From positions 12,586,001-12,650,000 of the forward strand of contig OZ024740.1 in assembly GCA_964016885.1 (NCBI GenBank): a DNA stretch of 64,000 nt. Reading direction: 5' to 3'. Both the position numbers and the translations under genes were made by a program. Below, in pieces: positions 54,901-64,000 of the stretch. This DNA is from Eledone cirrhosa (lineage: Eukaryota). Below the pieces are notes generated by a model, which did no database searches, was not told the origin of the DNA, and saw nothing but the letters and a program-made list of their open reading frames with translations. How positions within the stretch are numbered: the first letter of the stretch is position 1; the number at the start of each line of letters is the position of its first letter.

Positions 54901-57900
54901 TAATGTCTTGTTTCTAGTCTAATGTCTCTAGTCTAATGTCTTGTCTCTAGTCTAATAGCTTGTCTCTAGTCTAATGTCTTGTCTCTATTCTAATGTCTCT
55001 AGTCTAATGTCTTGTCTCTAGTCTAATATCTTGTCTCTAGTCAAATGTCTCTAGTCTAATGTCTTGTTTCTAGTCTAACGTCTCTAGTCTAATGTCTTAT
55101 CTCTAGTCTAATATCTTGTCTCTAGTCAAATGTCTCTAGTCTAATGTCTTGTCTCTAGTCTAACGTCTCTAGTCTAATGTCTTGTCTCTAGTCTAATGTC
55201 TCTAGTCTAATGTCTCTAGTCTAATGTCTTGTCTCTAGTCTAATATCTTGTCTCTAGTCCAATGTCTCTAGTCTAATGTCTTGTCTCTAGTCTAATGTCT
55301 CTAGTCTAATGTCTTGTCTCTAGTCTAATGTCTCTAGTCTAATGTCTTGTCTCTAGTCTAATATCTTGTCTCTAGTCTAATGTCTCTAGTCTAATGTCTT
55401 GTCTCTAGTCTAATGTCTCTAGTCTAATGTCTTGTCTCTAGTCTAATGTCTCTAGTCTAATATCTTGTCTCTAGTCTAATGTCTCTAGTCTAATGTCTTG
55501 TCTCTAGTCTAATGTCTCTAGGCTAATGTCTGGTCTCTAGTCTAATATGTTGTCTCTAGTCTAATGAATTGTCTCTAGTCTAATGTCTCTAGTCTAATGT
55601 CTTGTCTCTAGTCTAATGTCTCTAGTCTAATGTCTCTAGTCTAATGTCTTGTCTCTAGTCTAATGTCTTGTCTCTAGTCTAATGTCTCTAGTCTAATGTT
55701 TCTAGTCTAATGTCTTGTTTCTAGTCTAATGTCTCTAGTCTAATGTCTTGTCTCTAGTCTAATATCTTGTCTCTAGTCTAATGTCTTGTCGCTAGTCTAA
55801 TGTCTCTAGTGTAATGTCTTGTCTCTAGTCTAATGTCTTGTCTCTAGTCTAATGTCTTGTCTCTAGTCTAATGTCTCTTGTCTAATGTCTTGTCTCTAGT
55901 CTAATATCTTGTCTCTAGTCTAATGTCTTGTCTCTAGTCTAATGTCTCTAGTCTAATGTCTTGTTTCTAGTCTAATGTCTCTAATCTAATGTCTTGTCTC
56001 TAGTCTAATATCTTGTCTCTAGTCTAATGTCTTGTCTCTAGTCTAATGTCTCTAGTCTAATGTCTTGTCTCTAGTCTAATATCTTGTCTCTAGTCTAATG
56101 TCTTGTCTCTAGTCTAATGTCTCTAGTCTAATGTCTTGTTTCTAGTCTAATGTCTCTAGTCTAATGTCTTGTCTCTAGTCTAATATCTTGTCTCTAGTCT
56201 AATGTCTCTAGTCTAATGTCTTGTCTCTAGTCTAGTGTCTTGTCTCTAGTCTAATATCTTGTCTCTAGTCTAATGTCTCTAGTCTAATGTCTTGTCTCTA
56301 GTCTAATGTCTCTAGTCTAATGTCTTTGTCTCTAGTCTAATGTCTCTAGTCTAATGTCTTGTCTCTAGTCTAATGTCTCTACTCTAATGTCTTGTCTCTA
56401 GTCCCAATATCTTGTCTCTAGTCTAATGTCTCTAGTCTAATGTCTTGTCTCTAGTCTAATGTCTCTAGTCTAATGTCTTATCTCTAGTCTAATGTCTTGT
56501 CTCTAGTCTAATGTCTCTAGTCTAATATCTTGTCTCTAGTCTAATGTCTCTAGACTAATGTCTTGTCTCTAGTCTAATGTCTCTAGTCTAATGTCTTATC
56601 TTTAGTCTAATGTCTTGTCTCTAGTCTAATGTCTCTAGTCTAATATCTTGTCTCTAGTCTAATGTCTCTAGACTAATGTCTTGTCTCTAGTCTAATGTCT
56701 CTAGTCTAATGTCTTGTCTCTAGTCTAATGTCTCTAGTCTAATGTCTTGTCTCTAGTCTAATATCTCGTCTCTAGTCTAATGTCTCTAGTCTAATGTCTT
56801 GTCTCTAGTCTAATATCTTGTCTCTAGTCTAATGTCTTGTCTCTAGTCTAATATATTGTCTCTAGTCTAATGTCTCTAGTCTAATGTCTTGTCTCTAGTC
56901 TAATGTCTTGAGTCTAGTCTAATGTCTCTAGTCTAATGTCTTGTCTCTAGTGTAACGTCTTGTCTTTAGTCTAATGTCTCTAGTCTAATGTCTCTAGTGT
57001 AATGTCTTGTCTCTAGTCTAATATCTTGTCTCTAATCTAATGTCTTGTTTCTAGTCTAATGTCTCTAGTCTAATGTCTTGTCTCTAGTCTAATATCTTGT
57101 CTCTAGTCTAATGTCTTGTCTCTAGGCTAATGTCTCTAGTCTAATGTCTTGTCTCTAGTCTAACGTCTTGTCTCTAGTCTAGTGTCTCTAGTGTAATGTC
57201 TTGTCTCTAGTCTAATGTCTTGTCTCTAGTCTAACGTCTTGTCTCTAGTCTAATGTCTCTAGTCTAATGTCTTGTTTCTAGTCTAATGTCTCTAGTCTAA
57301 TGTCTTGTCTCTAGTCTAATAGCTTGTCTCTAGTCTAATGTCTTGTCTCTAGTCTAATGTCTCTAGTCTAATGTCTTGTCTCTAGTCTAATATCTTGTCT
57401 CTAGTCGAATGACTTGTCTCTAGTCTAATGACTCTAGTCTAATGTCTTGTTTCTAGTCTAATGTCTCTAGTCTAATGTCTTGTCTCTAGTCTAATATCTT
57501 GTCTCTAGTCAAATGTCTCTAGTCTAATGTCTTGTCTCTAGTCTAATGTCTCTAGTCTAATGTCTTGTTTCTAGTCTAATGTCTCTAGTCTAATGTCTTG
57601 TCCCTAGTCTAATATCTTGTCTCTAGTCTAATGTCTCTAGTCTAATGTCTTGTCTCTAGTCTAATGTCTCTAGTCTAATGTCTTGTCTCTAGTCTAATGT
57701 CTCTAGTCTAATGTCTTGTCTCTAGTCTAATGTCTCTAGTCTAATGTCTTGTCTCTAGTCTAATGTCTTGTCTCTAGTCTAATGTCTCTAGTCTAATATC
57801 TTGTCTCTAGTCTAATGTCTCTAGTCTAATGTCTTGTCTCTAGTCTAATGTCTCTAGTCTAATGTCTGGTCTCTAGTCTAATATCTTGTCTCTAGTCTAA

Positions 57901-60900
57901 TGAATTGTCTCTAGTCTAATGTCTCTAGTCTAATGTCTTGTCTCTAGTCTAATGTCTTGTCTCTAGTCTAATGTCTCTAGTCTAATGTTTCTAGTCTAAT
58001 GTCTTGTTTCTAGTCTAATGTCTCTAGTCTAATGTCTTGTCTCTAGTCTAATATCTTGTCTCTAGTCTAATGTCTTGTCGCTAGTCTAATGTCTCTAGTG
58101 TAATGTCTTGTCTCTAGTCTAATGTCTTGTCTCTAGTCTAATGTCTTGTCTCTAGTCTAATGTCTCTTGTCTAATGTCTTGTCTCTAGTCTAATATCTTG
58201 TCTCTAGTCTAATGTCTTGTCTCTAGTCTAATGTCTCTAGTCTAATGTCTTGTTTCTAGTCTAATGTCTCTAATCTAATGTCTTGTCTCTAGTCTAATAT
58301 CTTGTCTCTAGTCTAATGTCTTGTCTCTAGTCTAATGTCTCTAGTCTAATGTCTTGTCTCTAGTCTAATATCTTGTCTCTAGTCTAATGTCTTGTCTCTA
58401 GTCTAATGTCCCTAGTCTAATGTCTTATTTCTAGTCTAATGTCTCTAGTCTAATGTCTTGTCTCTAGTCTAATATCTTGTCTCTAGTCTAATGTCTCTAG
58501 TCTAATGTCTTGTCTCTAGTCTAATGTCTTGTCTCTAGTCTAATATCTTGTCTCTAGTCTAATGTCTCTAGTCTAATGTCTTGTCTCTAGTCTAATGTCT
58601 CTAGTCTAATGTCTTTGTCTCTAGTCTAATGTCTCTAGTCTAATGTCTTGTCTCTAGTCTAATGTCTCTACTCTAATGTCTTGTCTCTAGTCCCAATATC
58701 TTGTCTCTAGTCTAATGTCTCTAGTCTAATGTCTTGTCTCTAGTCTAATGTCTCTAGTCTAATGTCTTATCTCTAGTCTAATGTCTTGTCTCTAGTCTAA
58801 TGTCTCTAGTCTAATATCTTGTCTCTAGTCTAATGTCTCTAGACTAATGTCTTGTCTCTAGTCTAATGTCTCTAGTCTAATGTCTTATCTCTAGTCTAAT
58901 GTCTTGTCTCTAGTCTAATGTCTCTAGTCTAATATCTTGTCTCTAGTCTAATGTCTCTAGACTAATGTCTTGTCTCTAGTCTAATGTCTCTAGTCTAATG
59001 TCTTGTCTCTAGTCTAATGTCTCTAGTCTAATGTCTTGTCTCTAGTCTAATATCTCGTCTCTAGTCTAATGTCTCTAGTCTAATGTCTTGTCTCTAGTCT
59101 AATATCTTGTCTCTAGTCTAATGTCTCTAGTCTAATGTCTTGTCTCTAGTCTAATATATTGTCTCTAGTCTAATGTCTCTAGTCTAATGTCTTGTCTCTA
59201 GTCTAATGTCTTGAGTCTAGTCTAATGTCTCTAGTCTAATGTCTTGTCTCTAGTGTAACGTCTTGTCTTTAGTCTAATGTCTCTAGTCTAATGTCTCTAG
59301 TGTAATGTCTTGTCTCTAGTCTAATATCTTGTCTCTAATCTAATGTCTTGTCTCTAGTCTAATGTCACTAGTCTAATGTCTTGTCTCTAGTCTAATATCT
59401 TGTCTCTAGTCTAATGTATTGTCTCTAGTCTAATGTCTCTAGTCTAATGTCTTGTTTCTAGTCTAATGTCTCTAGTCTAATGTCTTGTCTCTAGTCTAAT
59501 ATCTTGTCTCTAGTCTAATGTCTTGTCTCTAGTCTAATGTCTCTAGTCTAATGTCTTGTCTCTAGTCTAACGTCTTGTCTCTAGTCTAATGTCTCTAGTG
59601 TAATGTCTTGTCTCTAGTCTAATGTCTTGTCTCTAGTCTAACGTCTTGTCTCTAGTCTAATGTCTCTAGTCTAATATCTTGTCTCTAGTCTAATGTCTCT
59701 AGTCTAATATCTTGTCACTAGTCTAATGTCTCTAGTCTAATATCTTGTCTCTAGTCTAACGTCTTGTCTCTAGTCTAATGTCTCTAGTCTAATGTCTTGT
59801 TTCTAGTCTAATGTCTCTAGTCTAATGTCTTGTCTCTAGTCTAATAGCTTGTCTCTAGTCTAATGTCTTGTCTCTAGTCTAATGTCTCTAGTCTAATGTC
59901 TTGTCTCTAGTCTAATATCTTGTCTCTAGTCGAATGACTTGTCTCTAGTCTAATGACTCTAGTCTAATGTCTTGTTTCTAGTCTAATGTCTCTAGTCTAA
60001 TGTCTCTAGTCTAATTTCTTGTCTCTAGTCTAATGTCTCTAGTCTAATGTCTTGTCTCTAGTCTAATATCTCGTCTCTAGTCTAATGTCTCTAGTCTAAT
60101 GTCTTGTCTCTAGTCTAATATCTTGTCTCTAATCTAATGTCTTTAGTCTAATGTCTTGTCTCTAGTCTAATATATTGTCTCTAGTCTAATGTCTCTAGTC
60201 TAATGTCTTGTCTCTAGTCTAATGTCTTGAGTCTAGTCTAATGTCTCTAGTCTAATGTCTTGTCTCTAGTGTAACGTCTTGTCTTTAGTCTAATGTCTCT
60301 AGTCTAATGTCTCTAGTGTAATGTCTTGTCTCTAGTCTAATATCTTGTCTCTAATCTAATGTCTTGTCTCTAGTCTAATGTCTCTAGTCTAATGTCTTGT
60401 CTCTAGTCTAATGTCTTGTCTAGTCTAATATCTTGTCTCTAGTCTAATGTCTTGTCTCTAGTCTAATATCTTGTCTCTAGTCTAATGTATTGTCTCTAGT
60501 CTAATGTCTCTAGTCTAATGTCTTGTTTCTAGTCTAATGTCTCTAGTCTAATGTCTTGTCTCTAGTCTAATATCTTGTCTCTAGTCTAATGTCTTGTCTC
60601 TAGTCTAATGTCTCTAGTCTAATGTCTTGTCTCTAGTCTAACGTCTTGTCTCTAGTCTAATGTCTCTAGTGTAATGTCTTGTCTCTTGTCTAATGTCTTG
60701 TCTCTAGTCTAACGTCTTGTCTCTAGTCTAATGTCTCTAGTCTAATATCTTGTCTCTAGTCTAATGTCTCTAGTCTAATATCTTGTCACTAGTCTAATGT
60801 CTCTAGTCTAATATCTTGTCTCTAGTCTAACGTCTTGTCTCTAGTCTAATGTCTCTAGTCTAATATCTTGTCTCTAGTCTAATGTCTCTAGTCTAATGTC

Positions 60901-63900
60901 TTGTCTCTAGTCTAATGTCTTGTCTCTAGTCTAATATCTTGTCTCTAGTCGAATGTCTTGTCTCTAGTCTAATGTCTCTAGTCTAATGTCTTGTTTCTAG
61001 TCTAATGTCTCTAGTCTAATGTCTTGTCTCTAGTCTAATATCTTGTCTCTAGTCAAATGTCTCTAGTCTAATGTCTTGTCTCTAGTCTAATGTCTCTAGT
61101 CTAATGTCTTGTCTCTAGTCTAATGTCTCTAGTCTAATGTCTTGTCTCTAGTCTAATATCTTGTCTCTAGTCTAATGTCTCTAGTCTAATGTCTTGTCTC
61201 TAGTCTAATATCTTGTCTCTAGTCTAATGTCTCTAGTCTAATGTCTTGTCTCTAGTCTAATGTCTCTAGTCAAATGTCTTGTCTCTAGTCTAATGTCTCT
61301 AGTCTAATGTCTTGTCTCTAGTCTAATATCTTGTCTCTAGTCTAATGTCTCTAGTCTAATGTCTTGTTTCTAGTCTAATGTCTCTAGTCTAATGTCTTGT
61401 CTCTAGTCTAATATCTTGTCTCTAGTCTAATGTCTTGTCTCTAGTCTAATGTCTCTAGTCTAATGTCTTGTCTCTAGTCTAACGTCTTGTCTCTAGTCCA
61501 ATGTCTCTAGTGTAATGTCTTGTCTCTAGTCTAATGTCTTGTCTCTAGTCTAACGTCTTGTCTCTAGTCTAATGTCTCTAGTCTAATATCTTGTCTCTAG
61601 TCTAATGTCTCTAGTCTAATATCTTGTCACTAGTCTAATGTCTCTAGTCTAATATCTTGTCTCTAGTCTAACGTCTTGTCCCTAGTCTAATGTCTCTAGT
61701 CTAATATCTTGTCTCTAGTCTAATGTCTCTAGTCTAATATCTTGTCGCTTGTCTAATGTTTCTAGTCTAATGTCTTGTCTCTAGTCTAATGTCTTGTCTC
61801 TAGTCTAATTTCTCTAGTCTAATGTCTTGTCTCTAGTCTAATATCTTGTCTCTAGTCTAATGTCTTGTCTCTAGTCTAATGTCTCAAGTCTAATGTCTTG
61901 TTTCTAGTCTAATGTCTCTAGTCTAATGTCTTGTCTCTAGTCTAATAGCTTGTCTCTAGTCTAATGTCTTGTCTCTATTCTAATGTCTCTAGTCTAATGT
62001 CTTGTCTCTAGTCTAATATCTTGTCTCTAGTCAAATGTCTCTAGTCTAATGTCTTGTTTCGAGTCTAACGTCTCTAGTCTAATGTCTTGTCTCTAGTCTA
62101 ATATCTTGTCTCTAGTCAAATGTCTCTAGTCTAATGTCTTGTCTCTAGTCTAACGTCTCTAGTCTAATGTCTTGTCTCTAGTCTAATGTCTCTAGTCTAA
62201 TGTCTTGTCTCTAGTCTAATATCTTGTCTCTAGTCTAATGTCTCTAGTCTAATGTCTCTAGTCTAATGTCTTGTCTCTAGTCTAATATCTTGTCTCTAGT
62301 CTAATGTCTCTAGTCTAATGTCTTGTCTCTAGTCTAATGTCTCTAGTCTAAAGTCTTATCTCTAGTCTAATGTCTCTAGTCTAATGTCTTGTCTCTAGTC
62401 TAATATCTTGTCTCTAGTCTAATGTCTCTAGTCTAATGTCTTGTTTCTAGTCTAATGTCTCTAGTCTAATGTCTTGTCTCTAGTCTAATATCTTGTCTCT
62501 AGTCTAATGTCTTGTCTCTAGTCTAATGTCTCTAGTCTAATGTCTTGTCTCTAGTCTAACGTCTTGTCTCTAGTCCAATGTCTCTAGTGTAATGTCTTGT
62601 CTCTAGTCTAATGTCTTGTCTCTAGTCTAACGTCTTGTCTCTAGTCTAATGTCTCTAGTCTAATATCTTGTCTCTAGTCTAATGTCTCTAGTCTAATATC
62701 TTGTCACTAGTCTAATGTCTCTAGTCTAATATCTTGTCTCTAGTCTAACGTCTTGTCCCTAGTCTAATGTCTCTAGTCTAATATCTTGTCTCTAGTCTAA
62801 TGTCTCTAGTCTAATATCTTGTCGCTTGTCTAATGTTTCTAGTCTAATGTCTTGTCTCTAGTCTAATGTCTTGTCTCTAGTCTAATGTCTCTAGTCTAAT
62901 GTCTTGTCTCTAGTCTAATATCTTGTCTCTAGTCTAATGTCTTGTCTCTAGTCTAATGTCTCTAGTCTAATGTCTTGTTTCTAGTCTAATGTCTCTAGTC
63001 TAATGTCTTGTCTCTAGTCTAATAGCTTGTCTCTAGTCTAATGTCTTGTCTCTATTCTAATGTCTCTAGTCTAATGTCTTGTCTCTAGTCTAATATCTTG
63101 TCTCTAGTCAAATGTCTCTAGTCTAATGTCTTGTTTCTAGTCTAACGTCTCTAGTCTAATGTCTTATCTCTAGTCTAATATCTTGTCTCTAGTCAAATGT
63201 CTCTAGTCTAATGTCTTGTCTCTAGTCTAACGTCTCTAGTCTAATGTCTTGTCTCTAGTCTAATGTCTCTAGTCTAATGTCTCTAGTCTAATGTCTTGTC
63301 TCTAGTCTAATATCTTGTCTCTAGTCCAATGTCTCTAGTCTAATGTCTTGTCTCTAGTCTAATGTCTCTAGTCTAATGTCTTGTCTCTAGTCTAATGTCT
63401 CTAGTCTAATGTCTTGTCTCTAGTCTAATATCTTGTCTCTAGTCTAATGTCTCTAGTCTAATGTCTTGTCTCTAGTCTAATGTCTCTAGTCTAATGTCTT
63501 GTCTCTAGTCTAATGTCTCTAGTCTAATATCTTGTCTCTAGTCTAATGTCTCTAGTCTAATGTCTTGTCTCTAGTCTAATGTCTCTAGGCTAATGTCTGG
63601 TCTCTAGTCTAATATCTTGTCTCTAGTCTAATGAATTGTCTCTAGTCTAATGTCTCTAGTCTAATGTCTTGTCTCTAGTCTAATGTCTCTAGTCTAATGT
63701 CTCTAGTCTAATGTCTTGTCTCTAGTCTAATGTCTTGTCTCTAGTCTAATGTCTCTAGTCTAATGTTTCTAGTCTAATGTCTTGTTTCTAGTCTAATGTC
63801 TCTAGTCTAATGTCTTGTCTCTAGTCTAATATCTTGTCTCTAGTCTAATGTCTTGTCGCTAGTCTAATGTCTCTAGTGTAATGTCTTGTCTCTAGTCTAA

Positions 63901-64000
63901 TGTCTTGTCTCTAGTCTAATGTCTTGTCTCTAGTCTAATGTCTCTTGTCTAATGTCTTGTCTCTAGTCTAATATCTTGTCTCTAGTCTAATGTCTTGTCT
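51930..64000. repeat. At least 4 kb segment (~51930-55933) repeated at +8,067 bp (~59997-64000, continuing to the window end)
   Basis: Markers at exactly +8,067: AATTTCTT (51948/60015), deletion monomer GTCTAG (52354/60421), CTAAAGTCTTATC (54281/62348), AGGCTAA (55521/63588). Confidence 0.9.

Larger units (their letters stand above)
1..64000. repeat. Compound tandem satellite array of 14-bp (TGTCTCTAGTCTAA) and 19-bp (TGTCT/TATCT/CGTCT + TGTCTCTAGTCTAA) monomers, running off both window ends
   Basis: Seen directly: every line parses into the 14-mer core with or without a preceding 5-mer, in a single orientation, with only scattered substitutions and 1-2 bp indels. Minus-strand reading is TTAGACTAGAGACA(AGACA). 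Confidence 0.99.

Noticed and set aside
1-64000. CRISPR array or CRISPR-like repeat-spacer system (constant 14-mer plus variable 5-mer)
   Set aside because: The variable part is 0 or 5 bp, is derived from the repeat itself and has only a few states. There are no unique spacers, leader or cas genes.
1-64000. Repetitive protein-coding ORF (14+19 = 33 bp = 11 codons; many ATGs)
   Set aside because: Each core has TAG and TAA in two different frames on + and two TAGs in different frames on -. The 14/19 lengths shift frame, so every frame stops within about two monomers.
1-64000. Giant ORF under a reassigned genetic code (consensus has no TGA; minus-strand stops are all TAG)
   Set aside because: Monomer gains and losses of 14 or 19 bp and 1-2 bp indels do not preserve frame, variants introduce TGA/TAA on the minus strand, and there is no codon-position bias. 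Absence of TGA is expected by chance in so short a unit.
1-64000. RIP-like or deamination signature (common TG>TA variant TATCT; TG/CG polymorphism)
   Set aside because: These variants occupy fixed slots shared by descent among duplicated blocks rather than being scattered independently, and most TG sites are intact. Other variants include many transversions.
1-64000. Information-bearing or synthetic binary code in the 14/19 order
   Set aside because: The order is accounted for by nested duplications with inherited point variants, as expected of natural satellite turnover. No framing or non-redundant content is evident.
1-64000. Hairpins, terminators or structured RNA from CTAG palindromes; G-quadruplexes
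   Set aside because: Self-complementarity is limited to 4-6 bp (CTAG, variant ACTAGT/TCTAGA), no inverted blocks are present, and there are no G or C runs.
1-64000. Whole array as a sequencing or polymerase-slippage artefact
   Set aside because: Hierarchically shared rare variants and diverged duplicate blocks indicate real evolutionary history, although individual near-identical copies still need read support.

Overview
The whole 64 kb window is one uninterrupted, head-to-tail satellite DNA array with no unique sequence, genes, RNA genes, CRISPR spacers, mobile elements or inversions that I can see. It is built from two interleaved monomers: a 14-mer (TGTCTCTAGTCTAA) and a 19-mer (the same 14-mer preceded by a 5-bp module, usually TGTCT, often TATCT, sometimes CGTCT). 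From the consensus this is about 36-37% GC and strongly T-rich on the + strand. The copy number is on the order of 3,700-3,900 monomers (estimate from mean unit length, not counted). Rare variant monomers recur in a conserved order, revealing a loose ~2-3 kb higher-order repeat, nested duplications with offsets from 118 bp to 8,067 bp, and positionally restricted subfamilies. The array looks like eukaryotic (peri)centromeric or subtelomeric heterochromatin, but the organism and function cannot be determined from the sequence. I find no supportable evidence for a new protein- or RNA-based system; what is interesting is the array architecture. Coordinates were read by eye and block boundaries are approximate.
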